The translations under genes were made by a program, and so were the position numbers. Shown here piece after piece: positions 29,972 to 40,534 of a stretch of DNA of 64,000 bases (its first letter is position 1; every line of letters starts with the position of its first letter). The DNA is from Bacteroidota bacterium (lineage in GTDB: Bacteria > Bacteroidota > Ignavibacteria > UBA10030 > BY39). The notes under the pieces are model-generated. The model had not been told where the DNA came from and searched no databases. It was given only the letters and a program-made list of their open reading frames with translations. The stretch is taken from assembly GCA_030017895.1 (NCBI GenBank), contig JASEGV010000005.1, positions 5,988 through 69,987 of the forward strand, given 5' to 3'.

Positions 29972-32143
29972 TCATTTCATCAAGACCATTTTCTTCATAA
30001 TCGCTGTTTTTGCACCGGTTTCTAAACCTTCGGCAGTCAAGCGATATATATATACGCCCGACGATAAGCTGCTTGCATCGAACGATACGTATTCAGGTCC
30101 GTAGCTTAATTCTTCTCGATTAATCAAAGTTGCCACTTCCTGACCCAACATATTGTAAACCTTTAATGTAACAATAGCATCTTCGGGTAAGCTGAACTCA
30201 ATTGTTGTAGTCGGGTTGAACGGGTTTGGATAATTCTGGTTCAACACAAAATTTTCAGGAATTTCAACCGGTGAAGGTGTTGGATTGCTGATAGCTGCAA
30301 GTGTTCCGGGCCGTAAGAATGGAACTGAGGCTAATGCTTTTACACCACTTAATTTTAAGGTTGCTGCAAAACCGAGTGGCTTTGCAGTATCAATTGCGCC
30401 AGTGAAAGCACCATTAATTGCTGCCACCACGGCATTAAGATTTGCATAATCAAATGCAAGGTCTTCAATTGTCATCTTTGGGTCGGCTTCTATCGCAATA
30501 GTGTTCAACGTCTTTCCGTCTAAATCATTACCTGGATTATGGTATTTAAGTTCACCTAAACCATTCGGGATATAATTATTTGCACTTGCATTTAAGTTAA
30601 ATTTAAATGCAATAAGGTTTGCCATTAACACGTTATTGTGTTTCGATTGGGGAGCTGCTTTTAATTCTTTAACCCAAGGCTTACCACCAAATAATAATAA
30701 TGCACCTGGAGTTCCACTATGATTTACACCCTTTTCGTTAAGAGTTTTTAGCATATCTTTGAATGATAGCATCTTCAACTTGCCTGTGCCAATTGCAATA
30801 CCGGCAGTTGGGAACATTTCAGCCACTACGTTGCCGTAGCTTGGCATCGGTAAACGGGGCATATTTAATGTAAATGCACTTCCCGGAGCTACACCCATTA
30901 CAAGTTTAGCTGGTTTTAAAGCAGGCAACCACCAGTATTTACCTTTTTGTTGTTTACCTTTTGCAGCCCAGGCGTGAATTGTAACAACATCGCCCTCTGT
31001 TAAATCGGCTGGGAATGTATAATCAAATTTCTTTGCTGCATTATCAATTGCTGGTAATATTGTATAAGCGGTTGTTGCAACATCGTTTAACTTCACTACA
31101 TGAGGAAATGAAAGAGGATTATTAAGTAAAGGACTGCCCCATTCGACATGCAATTTATTGAATGGCCCACCTGCAGGAACTGTGAAATTAACTGAAAATT
31201 CAACTTTATCGGCTTTGCGCTTTACAAGTTTTTGGAGTTTACCACCTGTCAGAGTAACTAATTCGTTTGCAGTAAATGTGCGGAACATTGTACCAGCACC
31301 GGCGTCGGCTTGAACAGGAATTACAGTAGAATAATCACCCGCATTGTGCGATAATGTAATATCTCCGTTGTAAGAACCACTGACTATTGGGGCGAATGAT
31401 ACTGTTAATTCGAAAGTTTCTGATGGAGCTACTACTTCGGGACCTACTGAGCTAATCGCAAATAAAGGATCAGAAGTTGAAATTTCATCTATGTTTAAAT
31501 TACGATCGCCCGTATTTGTAACTGTGAAAACTTGTTGAGCTGTTAAACCGATTAAAACAGTTCCGAAATTTTTTGATGTAGGATCGACATTAATACCTGC
31601 GGCATTTGTTGTGCGAATTATTTTTAAAACAAATGGTTCATTGGAAAAAGGACCAGGTATAGTTATTGAAGTTTGTGTAAGCATATTGGCTACGTAGAGT
31701 CTTTCGGGATAAGGATCCGAGATACTTTCGTGTGTCATTATCTTTAAAAAGCCCGAACTGCTTGATAAACCTGCGGGCCACGATAACGTAACCGATCCAT
31801 GTAATACACCGGTTTGCACTGTAACATTCCATGTATCTAATTGATCGCCTGAATGTTTAAGTCTGATATCAGAGAGAGAGCCCGCCAAAAGATAGCTGCC
31901 GGTAAAACGTGCGTCAAAAATGCCTTCATTGGGGGGAGGCATCGGAGGTAATTCTCTTTCTCTTGGAAATAAAATTGAATCGAGACCTGCTGTTGCAGAT
32001 GGATGCAAACCAAAATCAAGAACAACACTGTTTACACCGTCTGATACAGTCAGATTAATAATGGGCTGAGCATTTACAGCTTGACCGAGGAAAAAAGCTA
32101 GAGTCAAAACACTCAACACGGAAAACATGATAATTTTTTTCAT
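29972..32143 (-). CDS. Secreted T9SS cargo: PPxPP/DxR module, ASH/choice-of-anchor-D-like Ig domain, unassigned Lys-rich domain, tail
   Basis: Signal peptide; 'NFGTVLIG...FTVTNTG...LTVSFAP' ASH-like domain; QNYPNPFNP...KKMVLMK. Confidence 0.85.
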   Translation of the reverse strand: MKKIIMFSVLSVLTLAFFLGQAVNAQPIINLTVSDGVNSVVLDFGLHPSATAGLDSILFPRERELPPMPPPNEGIFDARFTGSYLLAGSLSDIRLKHSGDQLDTWNVTVQTGVLHGSVTLSWPAGLSSSSGFLKIMTHESISDPYPERLYVANMLTQTSITIPGPFSNEPFVLKIIRTTNAAGINVDPTSKNFGTVLIGLTAQQVFTVTNTGDRNLNIDEISTSDPLFAISSVGPEVVAPSETFELTVSFAPIVSGSYNGDITLSHNAGDYSTVIPVQADAGAGTMFRTFTANELVTLTGGKLQKLVKRKADKVEFSVNFTVPAGGPFNKLHVEWGSPLLNNPLSFPHVVKLNDVATTAYTILPAIDNAAKKFDYTFPADLTEGDVVTIHAWAAKGKQQKGKYWWLPALKPAKLVMGVAPGSAFTLNMPRLPMPSYGNVVAEMFPTAGIAIGTGKLKMLSFKDMLKTLNEKGVNHSGTPGALLLFGGKPWVKELKAAPQSKHNNVLMANLIAFKFNLNASANNYIPNGLGELKYHNPGNDLDGKTLNTIAIEADPKMTIEDLAFDYANLNAVVAAINGAFTGAIDTAKPLGFAATLKLSGVKALASVPFLRPGTLAAISNPTPSPVEIPENFVLNQNYPNPFNPTTTIEFSLPEDAIVTLKVYNMLGQEVATLINREELSYGPEYVSFDASSLSSGVYIYRLTAEGLETGAKTAIMKKMVLMK

Positions 32144-32217
32144 AATACCCTCACTTATTGTTGATAGTTATTATTGTTAGTTGATTATTTAATTAGTTTC
32201 ATAAAGTTTTTATTTAG

Positions 32218-32250
32218 ATACTGTCGGAAGGAGCAACCTTCCGACAGTAT
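32218..32250. terminator. Perfect 14-bp stem-loop between array genes
   Basis: ATACTGTCGGAAGG-AGCAA-CCTTCCGACAGTAT; no clear U-tract on the minus strand. Confidence 0.65.
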
Positions 32251-32264
32251 AAGATACTAATTAT

Positions 32265-35200
32265 TTACTTTAACATCAAGGCTTTGCGGACAGCCGAGAA
32301 GCCATCGCTTGTCATTTTGATAAAGTAAACACCGCTCGGTGCAATGTGCCCTTGCGAGTTTTGACCGTTCCATTCAACTGAATGATATCCGGCATCTTTC
32401 ATTCCGTCGAACAAAGTAGCTACTTTGCTGCCTAATATGTCGTAAACTGTTACTTCTACACGAGCATTTTTAGGCATTGCAAATTCGAACTTAGTCGAAG
32501 GGTTGAAAGGATTAGGATAGTTTTGACCTAACATAAACTCGGTCGGTAATCCTTTCGAGTCAATCGTCAAAATAATCGAAGAAGCTTGAAGAATTTGTTT
32601 GCTTCCCTTCTCGCCGCTTAACGAGATTGTCGATTGTTTTTTACCTTCGCTTGAATTTTCGACGAAGAAGCTGCGTGTGCGGTTAGCTAAATTCCAACTT
32701 ATAGTTATTGGGTAAGCATCAGCATTAATGTTAATTGGATACTGAAGCGTTCCTTCGAACTGTGCAGGATAAGCTTCTACTAATCGTTGTGATGCGAATC
32801 GAACATCGAGAACTCCTGCCGGTGGACTTGGTGGTAATGTGTAATAAGCAACCGGGAAATTACCATCAGTGTTTTCACCGAAGTATAAAGTTTGGCTGTT
32901 ATTGAATTTATCAGTTATTGTAATGCTGTTAAACTTGCTTAATTCGGCAAGCTCTGTTTCTTCCTTCGCTAATGTTGTAGCTTGAAGTTTTAATACACCA
33001 GCATTTTTAACTTTTATCCAATAACCAAAACCGGGACGAATTTGTGTTGCAGTTGCATAACCGCTGGCACCATATTCATAGTAAGGTGAAGAAATGTTAT
33101 CGGCAGGTTCTGAAGTAATAGCTGAAACACTTGTAGGCTTAATTATCGAGCCAATCATATTCCAACCCGGGGTAACCGGGAATTCTGTTTCATACACAAA
33201 TCCACCAAAAATCGAGAATGTTGAGGCAGCGGGGAATTTAAGCCAATAAGCAGGTCCTAATGTTAATGTCGTATCGATTGCGTACGCACCGCTGCGGTAT
33301 GTGAATGCATTAGATGTCGCTGTTGGGAAAAGGTTTGTCTTGGAATCTGTTCTACGAACAGGTATCGAAACCATATTCCACCCTGTACGAACGCTTACTT
33401 CATCTGTCAAATCTGAGTCGAGGCAGATTGCACGCACTAAATTACGCAACACAATTCGATTGCTTGGACCCACAGGTTTCCACCAATAATCTTCTCTTAA
33501 AGCATGCCATGTATTGCCATAATTTTCCGAGAAGAAACTGCGATTGTTTGGATCGTAAATCTTATATGGCATTGGATAGTAATCGGTTCCTTGAGGGAAG
33601 CTTCTACCCGTTGTTTTTAATGCTGACCGTAAATAGTAAGATATTGTGACCCAAAAATCTTGTCCTGCAGTAAACAATAGTTCTTGGTCTATCGGGAAAC
33701 TAACCCACTGCGAAGCTGATGTTCGGACGAAATAGGGAAAACCTTCCGGTGTATTAGGGAGATACGATTTACTCCATAGAATTGAGCCTGAACTACTGTC
33801 GTCGATGCCCGGATTTCGGACAGTCACCACAATTGAGTCAGCTAATGTATCTCTGAACGAAGTTGTGAAAACGACATCGGCGCTTAGTAAACGCGTGCTA
33901 CGAGGTGCAGTAAACCGAACACCTGTAGTTAGGTCGTATCTAGCACTATCTACAGCCCAGTTGGTATCATGAGTATCATTAGAATCATCGTATGCAATTG
34001 CGAAAGAATTACTCTGATGTGCTCGTAATTTCATTGAGATTGTATCATTGGTATAGTTGATATCACCAGTTAATGTGGGCCATACTTTTAAATCGTATGT
34101 ACCAATTGCGGTTGGTGTTAAATTTAATTTAAGCACTTCTTTTTTGTTATAGGCAAGTCCTGCGGGTCGACTGAGAAATTCGATTGGACCATCATTAATC
34201 GAATATCGTAACAAATATGCACCAGAGGTTGGATCGCCACCTACGTTTGCTACTTTAGTCTCCCAATTTATAACTGGAATATATGGAGTACCAGTAGTTT
34301 TAGGTTGAATAGTCGGGTTTATTTGAGCCACATACTCAAGAGCTAAATCTTTCCTCGGGAGTATAGAAATTACCTTTTTACCATCATTTGTTGAAGGGTC
34401 TTCATCACCAGTGTAGAATATGCAAACGAATACTGTGGTATCACGGGATGCAAATTTAGGTATGAATAGAGTGCTAAATTTTAAATATGCATATTTACCA
34501 CCAAGTCCACCCCATACCGGATTAAACACTTGTTTTACACCATCATTCTCATTAACAGGAAGTGAATTACCCTTAAATGTAATTGTAACTGTACTTGGAT
34601 TAGCTTCTAGTCCATCGTTCTTGATAATAACTTTAACCGATTCAGGAACATCAACAGCATGTAACTGCTCTTCGGTATAGTTAACAAGATCAACATTGAT
34701 TACTATCAAATCTTTTGTTGGTATGTAATCGGTATTAAGCCTCATAAATTTAAAAGCATTTTTGGATACAGGTCTTGAATCGCCATCCGGTACAACTATG
34801 TTACGTCCTGGAACTCGATCTTCTTGGAATCCAAAATACATCCAACTTGAATCGTTAATAATTGGATTAAAATTGGAAATTGTTACATAACGTTCATCTA
34901 AATCACTTGTGCGGGTTAAATTTTTAACATCCGCCCATGTGAAGCCACCGTCATCGGAATATGTATAGATAACATCGCTATAATTAAAGCCTTTACTATC
35001 TGTAACACCCTGCATAAAGGCATCACAGAGTACAAATAACCTTGTTCCGGTAGCACTTTTTGAAATTGCAGGAAATGTGAAGGATAAGAAATGGCCGGAT
35101 TGTGAATATTTCATTGTCTTTGCTAAAAACGGGAAATTAACAGAATCGATAACGATTCGACTTGTTCTTGATTCACTATCCCAGATTCTGATTCTTGATG

Positions 35201-36230
35201 AGGCATAAGATATACTCGTACCGACAAATCCTGCACCCATAGAAACGATGTATAGTTTTTCGCCAACATAGCTCATGTCGAAACCAGTAAAGCCAACATA
35301 TCCATTTACTTCCTTAGAAATTGAATCTTGTGGTCCCCACGTAACACCATTATCGTTAGATTCTTTGAAATAAATAGTATAGGTATCGGATGTACCTGGA
35401 CTTCCGAACCAACCGAGAGCAACTTTGCCACCCGGACTTACTGCCATAGCCGGTCTGGCACCGCCCGATAATGTATCAATTGGAGTCCAAGCTTCAAATG
35501 TATTAACATTAAAGGTGGTTACGTAAACTCCACCTGGTGGGTTTTGTCTTCCGGCAAGAACAACATTATTTCCGTTTGCAGCAACCTTAACCATAGGCCA
35601 GATTGCCGAATTAGTAGGAAATTCATATTGTGCATACCTTGCATCACCAAAACCACCGAATAATAATTGTTGTAAACTGATGGTTGTGGCAAGTGGATTT
35701 TCTTCGTCGAGTGGAGTAGGATGAGTAGCATGGTTTACGACGTTGGTTAGATAAACGCCACCCACATTTTCAATTGTCATTTGTGGATATCCGGAACGAG
35801 GGAAGGGACCAATATTCAATATTTCAGGTGTCGTACCCCATGTTTCACCCCCATCGCTTGAAAAATTATATGCCGTTCTCCTTGATGCATTAATAACGAC
35901 GGTGGAACCGGAATCGGTAGCAACCATCATTATTGCATGAACCTGATTTGGGTCGTTAGGGCTTACCTCTAAATAATCTATCGCACCTCCATTTGATTGA
36001 TAATCCCAATATCCGGTTATCCCCGTAAAAACACCACGGCCACTTGGCGGTGCGAAATAATCAGGCATAACTTTCTTTGGGGCGTTTTTCATCACAGGAT
36101 ATTTAAAATTATCGTTTACAGGTCCTTGATCGATAAGATCTGATTGAGGAACTATTCGCATTACATCCTGCGAAAAAGCCATTCCTGTTAATATTAGAAC
36201 AGCCATTACACTGAGAACAATTTTAAGCAT
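32265..36230 (-). CDS. Secreted T9SS cargo: BNR/Asp-box propeller, CARDB/Ig-like domains, GWN module, PPxPP/DxR module, tail
   Basis: SSDGGETW, SNDNGVTW and SDDGGFTW Asp boxes; 'D.N..ND' CARDB-like motifs; C-terminal ~370 aa similar to the 17358-20600 product; the SD favours the ATG at 36230. Confidence 0.85.
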   Translation of the reverse strand: MLKIVLSVMAVLILTGMAFSQDVMRIVPQSDLIDQGPVNDNFKYPVMKNAPKKVMPDYFAPPSGRGVFTGITGYWDYQSNGGAIDYLEVSPNDPNQVHAIMMVATDSGSTVVINASRRTAYNFSSDGGETWGTTPEILNIGPFPRSGYPQMTIENVGGVYLTNVVNHATHPTPLDEENPLATTISLQQLLFGGFGDARYAQYEFPTNSAIWPMVKVAANGNNVVLAGRQNPPGGVYVTTFNVNTFEAWTPIDTLSGGARPAMAVSPGGKVALGWFGSPGTSDTYTIYFKESNDNGVTWGPQDSISKEVNGYVGFTGFDMSYVGEKLYIVSMGAGFVGTSISYASSRIRIWDSESRTSRIVIDSVNFPFLAKTMKYSQSGHFLSFTFPAISKSATGTRLFVLCDAFMQGVTDSKGFNYSDVIYTYSDDGGFTWADVKNLTRTSDLDERYVTISNFNPIINDSSWMYFGFQEDRVPGRNIVVPDGDSRPVSKNAFKFMRLNTDYIPTKDLIVINVDLVNYTEEQLHAVDVPESVKVIIKNDGLEANPSTVTITFKGNSLPVNENDGVKQVFNPVWGGLGGKYAYLKFSTLFIPKFASRDTTVFVCIFYTGDEDPSTNDGKKVISILPRKDLALEYVAQINPTIQPKTTGTPYIPVINWETKVANVGGDPTSGAYLLRYSINDGPIEFLSRPAGLAYNKKEVLKLNLTPTAIGTYDLKVWPTLTGDINYTNDTISMKLRAHQSNSFAIAYDDSNDTHDTNWAVDSARYDLTTGVRFTAPRSTRLLSADVVFTTSFRDTLADSIVVTVRNPGIDDSSSGSILWSKSYLPNTPEGFPYFVRTSASQWVSFPIDQELLFTAGQDFWVTISYYLRSALKTTGRSFPQGTDYYPMPYKIYDPNNRSFFSENYGNTWHALREDYWWKPVGPSNRIVLRNLVRAICLDSDLTDEVSVRTGWNMVSIPVRRTDSKTNLFPTATSNAFTYRSGAYAIDTTLTLGPAYWLKFPAASTFSIFGGFVYETEFPVTPGWNMIGSIIKPTSVSAITSEPADNISSPYYEYGASGYATATQIRPGFGYWIKVKNAGVLKLQATTLAKEETELAELSKFNSITITDKFNNSQTLYFGENTDGNFPVAYYTLPPSPPAGVLDVRFASQRLVEAYPAQFEGTLQYPININADAYPITISWNLANRTRSFFVENSSEGKKQSTISLSGEKGSKQILQASSIILTIDSKGLPTEFMLGQNYPNPFNPSTKFEFAMPKNARVEVTVYDILGSKVATLFDGMKDAGYHSVEWNGQNSQGHIAPSGVYFIKMTSDGFSAVRKALMLK

Positions 36231-36291
36231 GTTCACTCTTCCTTTCATTTGTTTTTAATTATTAGTTATTAATTAATTGTAGTAATAGTAA

Positions 36292-39200
36292 TTATCGTAT
36301 GAGTATCATTTTTTGTACTACTGAATATTTATCTGTGTTCATTTTAATAAAATATACACCGCTTGGAACATTTTGCGAATTCATATCTTTGCTATGCCAT
36401 TCAACACTATAAGTTCCAGAAACAAAATAGTTATCAGTTAAAGTTGTTATACATTCGCCTAAAGTGTTATAGATTATAAGTGCTGCACGGGTTGAATTTT
36501 TAATTGAAAATCTGATATTCGTTGACGGATTAAACGGATTTGGATAATTCTGATATAACACAAAATCATCAGGAATTTGATTGCTCTCGATTTTCACATT
36601 AAGCGGACGAGCACCCCATTTAGTCAGCGATAAAGTTTTTACAGCTTCGTTCGTTATCTGAACCGAATTATCTAAATCCATTCTAACATTCACGGTAAAG
36701 CCACCGATTTCGTCTCGTAATTTAATGCTATCGCATACATTTTTAAGGAAAGCATTATTCCATCTGATAGTAACCGGATAAGTTCCTATGCCTGTCTGGA
36801 AACTAACTCTGTAAGTATCAATCTGTGTAAAACTTGTAAATGGGATATAATTCAAGCGTATCCCTTCTCCGAGGATCCCTGATCTTCGTGGTGGACTAAC
36901 CCAACGCGCATCAAAATAACCGGGTTCTACAGGTGGAAGCATATACTCGCCTAATGCATTATCAATTCCGTGTGTAGCATTTGGATGAACACCGAAGCGG
37001 ATCGTATCTCTTGCAATTCCGGTTTCAAAGACTACAAACGAGGTAAGCCAGCTTGCCGATTCATCGCCATAAGTTTTGAAACTCCACACCTGCGACCATC
37101 CGCTGATTCCCCCCTTATTTTTTGCTTTAACTCTCCAAAAATATCTTGTCTGCTCTGATAACAAACCTATTTTCCGTTCATTAGTTGTAATAGTAGTATC
37201 TAACAAAACACGATTTGCTAGCGAAAATATTGAATCACGTGCCACTTCTAAAAAATAGAACTCAGCATTCAATGCAGGTTCCCATTGTAAGGTTGGACGG
37301 AGCGAAATATTCGGAGCTTTATCCCTCGGTTCTTTCAATATAACTGAATCAGGAATTGGGAAACCTACGGTAGTAAAATTAAATGTATTTGAATAATCGC
37401 CGTAACCTGTTCGATTCCAGCTTCTAACGCGCCAGTAATATTTTTTTTCTAACCCTAATGGACCAATTTGTTTAGAAAGCCCAGAATAACTGCTATCTTC
37501 AAATAATGGTTCTGCAAAAGTAATAACTGTATCTATCTGATAATGATAACCCACACCCCGAATTGACGAACTCCATTGAACTGTAGGATTTGCAATTACA
37601 TTAATTTGATTGTTTAAGGGCGATATCAATGTAACTATTTCGGGAGGAGTCAATACTGTTTTAAAATTCCAAACACTTGAATATTGTCCGGTGCCTACAT
37701 AATTTTTAGCTCTAACACGCCAATAATACTGGATGTATGATATAAGTGTCGGAATTTGTTCAGATGTATCGACCAGATTTGTATTTGTATAAATTTTATT
37801 TGTGAAATTATTATCGAGTGCGACTTCAAGTTCATATTGTGAAGCATATTGAGTAGAATTCCATGTTAAAGTCGGCGAAAGTAATGCACTTGTATCGTTA
37901 TTACCAGGAGCTACCAGTATTGTGGTCGATGGAACAGGAATCCGTGTTCGGAACCTCCATACAGCGCTGTTAGTAATGCCTGAATCGTTCTTTGCACGAA
38001 CACGCCAGAAATATGTTGTTAAGGGAGATAAATTAATTGTTCGTGTTGTATCTGTAATTGTTGAATCCTGGAATATGATAGATGTAATATTTGTATCGCT
38101 CGATATTTGTAAATGATATTGTACTGCATCAAGAGTTTGTCGCCACCTGAAATTTGTAACAGGTGCAATACCCGTGTCCCGATGTGCTGGCAGTACCAGT
38201 TCAGGGACGGCAGGTTTATATAAACGTAAACCAAACGTCCTGCTGCTGGAAAATATTCCATATTCTCCATCGGCAAAGCAACGAACCCGCCAAAAATATG
38301 TACGTCCGCTGGGGATGAGGCTGATTTGCCTGAATGTATCGATTATTGCAGTATCGTTAATAACCACCTGCGTAAAGTTAACATCATTTGCTATTTGCAA
38401 ATGGTAACGTGGTATAGCCACAGGTTTTCGCCATCTAAAATTAATTGGACGCGGTAAATTATTTGCAATTGAATCAGGAGAAACAAGAGTTGGTACAGGT
38501 AATGGCGGTGTAATAAAACTGTTTGTGTTCGAGAATGGTCCATATCCATACTGGTTGCGTGCACGCACTCTCCAATAGTGTTTCTTATTGTAATTATGCA
38601 GTACTACCTGTTTTATTACTTGATAGTTTTTTGTAGAATCATCAATAAGGGTGCTTGTAAAATTTTCATCCAATGCAATTTGATAATTATACGAAATTGC
38701 ACTTTGTACGAAACTCCATATAAGTTCAGGCGTTACAACTTTTAAAACTGAATCCTTAACGGGAGTATAGGTAAGAGCTTTTAAAGGCGGTAGTGCGGGA
38801 TACGGTTTCGAACCATATTTTATTATTCTCATCAAATTTAATTCAGGATCGGATAGAACCACAAATGTTGTTGTATCCATACGCCTTCGAGCTTCAGTAG
38901 GTGTTGTAATTTTTATACTATCGCACACTAAGTTTATTCCTACGGGCCAATAAAATTTAATTGGGTGGCCTTCAGCATTTTCTAGCGTACTACGATAATT
39001 AACTATGAATGTGTCTATACGTTCAGGGATGGAATATGCTCTGATATCAGTTCTTAGCCCATTACCAAAACAACCTCCAAGACCACTCCTGCTATCCTTC
39101 AATCGCAAATCAAAATCAACCGGATCCGGAGGTGGAGGTGGTAACTCTTCCTCTATCAGTCTAGTACCATCGTCAAAGTTTAACATTATTCCCACATCAA

Positions 39201-39366
39201 TACAATAAGTGGCATTTGGATGAACACCGGTAAATAATTTTTCGCGGACGCCAGTGGCAACCTCTGCCCGATAAGGGATTATGAAATTGGTTTGTGCCGC
39301 TGCAATAAAACTTACTGCAAACAGCAGCAAACCAATTACAAAATATTTATGATTTTTATTCTGCAC
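36292..39366 (-). CDS. Secreted T9SS cargo: six FN3-like repeats bracketed by two PPxPP/DxR modules
   Basis: Six repeats with 'Y..Q.A.D..F' and 'Y(Y/F)WRV(R/K)'; 'GVHPNAT' occurs twice; QNYPNPFNP tail; GTG start. Confidence 0.87.
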   Translation of the reverse strand: MQNKNHKYFVIGLLLFAVSFIAAAQTNFIIPYRAEVATGVREKLFTGVHPNATYCIDVGIMLNFDDGTRLIEEELPPPPPDPVDFDLRLKDSRSGLGGCFGNGLRTDIRAYSIPERIDTFIVNYRSTLENAEGHPIKFYWPVGINLVCDSIKITTPTEARRRMDTTTFVVLSDPELNLMRIIKYGSKPYPALPPLKALTYTPVKDSVLKVVTPELIWSFVQSAISYNYQIALDENFTSTLIDDSTKNYQVIKQVVLHNYNKKHYWRVRARNQYGYGPFSNTNSFITPPLPVPTLVSPDSIANNLPRPINFRWRKPVAIPRYHLQIANDVNFTQVVINDTAIIDTFRQISLIPSGRTYFWRVRCFADGEYGIFSSSRTFGLRLYKPAVPELVLPAHRDTGIAPVTNFRWRQTLDAVQYHLQISSDTNITSIIFQDSTITDTTRTINLSPLTTYFWRVRAKNDSGITNSAVWRFRTRIPVPSTTILVAPGNNDTSALLSPTLTWNSTQYASQYELEVALDNNFTNKIYTNTNLVDTSEQIPTLISYIQYYWRVRAKNYVGTGQYSSVWNFKTVLTPPEIVTLISPLNNQINVIANPTVQWSSSIRGVGYHYQIDTVITFAEPLFEDSSYSGLSKQIGPLGLEKKYYWRVRSWNRTGYGDYSNTFNFTTVGFPIPDSVILKEPRDKAPNISLRPTLQWEPALNAEFYFLEVARDSIFSLANRVLLDTTITTNERKIGLLSEQTRYFWRVKAKNKGGISGWSQVWSFKTYGDESASWLTSFVVFETGIARDTIRFGVHPNATHGIDNALGEYMLPPVEPGYFDARWVSPPRRSGILGEGIRLNYIPFTSFTQIDTYRVSFQTGIGTYPVTIRWNNAFLKNVCDSIKLRDEIGGFTVNVRMDLDNSVQITNEAVKTLSLTKWGARPLNVKIESNQIPDDFVLYQNYPNPFNPSTNIRFSIKNSTRAALIIYNTLGECITTLTDNYFVSGTYSVEWHSKDMNSQNVPSGVYFIKMNTDKYSVVQKMILIR

Positions 39367-39394
39367 TAATTGTAGATAGGATTTTTAGAACCAA

Positions 39395-40249
39395 TTACTT
39401 TATTAAAACTGCTTTCTTAACACTATTGAATATTTCGCCATTCTGGTTAACAGTATTCATTTGAATATAATAGATACCATTAGCATAATTAGTAGCATCC
39501 CATTTGACAGAATAGTTACCGGCATTCATTTGTTCGCTTACTAAAGTATTCACGCGCTGACCAAGTACATTGTAAACATTAATTTTTACATTCGATGTAT
39601 TTTTAATTGAAAACAAAATATCTGTCGATGGATTGAATGGATTTGGATAATTTTGTTCTAATTTGAAGTCATTGGGCAAGCCGCCTATTTCTTCTACATT
39701 TAAGGTAGTTTGTGTAAAAATAGTTAATCTTACTAAATCTGGATCATCGAGAAGGAAAGATGTTTGGCTTAACATATCTACTTGATCTAAATCTTCAGTT
39801 CCAAATTCTTTCATGGTCAAAGACGTTATAGATGGTTCAGTTATTGGTTCCCAAGTAACAGTAATGGGCCATACCGCTTTTTGACCATCGTTAAAGACTA
39901 ATCTAAAAGTATCTCGTATAGATTGGCTTAAAGTCCATTTTCGGATGTCGTAAGGTTTCACACCGGGACCGTACATTCCTCCTGATGGAAAACAATCATC
40001 AGTTAAACCCGTCGTTCTAAACCTGCCCAAAATAATGTGGAAATCAGGCGGGGCTGGAGGACCTTCTTGTTCGCCTAAAGCAGCATCTAAACAGTGTGTG
40101 GCATTCACGTGCCAGCCTAATGTAGCTGTATGAACAGCCGCGGGTGTATTTGAATCCGTAACCGTAAGTAATATTTTATATTCCTGAGAATATAATTTTG
40201 CTACAAAAAGAACCATCAAAATCGCCGCACTTATAACTTTTAATTTCAT
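39395..40249 (-). CDS. Small secreted T9SS cargo: single PPxPP module plus tail
   Basis: Signal peptide; 'LGWHVNATHCLDAALGEQEGPPAPP'; QNYPNPFNP...KKAVLIK. Confidence 0.85.
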   Translation of the reverse strand: MKLKVISAAILMVLFVAKLYSQEYKILLTVTDSNTPAAVHTATLGWHVNATHCLDAALGEQEGPPAPPDFHIILGRFRTTGLTDDCFPSGGMYGPGVKPYDIRKWTLSQSIRDTFRLVFNDGQKAVWPITVTWEPITEPSITSLTMKEFGTEDLDQVDMLSQTSFLLDDPDLVRLTIFTQTTLNVEEIGGLPNDFKLEQNYPNPFNPSTDILFSIKNTSNVKINVYNVLGQRVNTLVSEQMNAGNYSVKWDATNYANGIYYIQMNTVNQNGEIFNSVKKAVLIK

Positions 40250-40295
40250 TTAATTTTTCCTTATAGATTATTTATTATTAATTTTTATTAACTGA

Positions 40296-40428
40296 CTGAA
40301 GTTACGCAGAATTGACTTTTTGTCATGTTGAGCGAAGCGAAACATCTAAAAATAGCCTGAATTTGAGGTTTCAGATTCTTCTCCCGCTCTACGAGCGGGA
40401 TCAGAATGACTCTTTTGCGTATCTTCAG
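40296..40428 (+). mobile_element. MITE-A copy 2 (133 bp)
   Basis: Same TIRs (one mismatch in the right TIR); carries a 22-nt extra hairpin; TSD degenerate. Confidence 0.9.
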
Positions 40429-40447
40429 TTACTTATTTCTAATTAGC

Positions 40448-40478
40448 TGTTCGCCCCGCCAGCAAGACGGAGCGAACA
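40448..40478 (-). terminator. Stem-loop downstream of the 1657-aa gene
   Basis: TGTTCGCCCCG...CGGAGCGAACA. Confidence 0.55.
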
Positions 40479-40493
40479 ATTTTATTTCGCGTA

Positions 40494-40522
40494 GTAGAGA
40501 CGACTCGTCGAGTCGTCTCTAC
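40494..40522. repeat. GTAG-type REP palindrome
   Basis: GTAGAGACGACTCG-T-CGAGTCGTCTCTAC, a perfect 14-bp inverted repeat starting with GTAG. Confidence 0.75.
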
Positions 40523-40534
40523 CGTGAATTGAAA

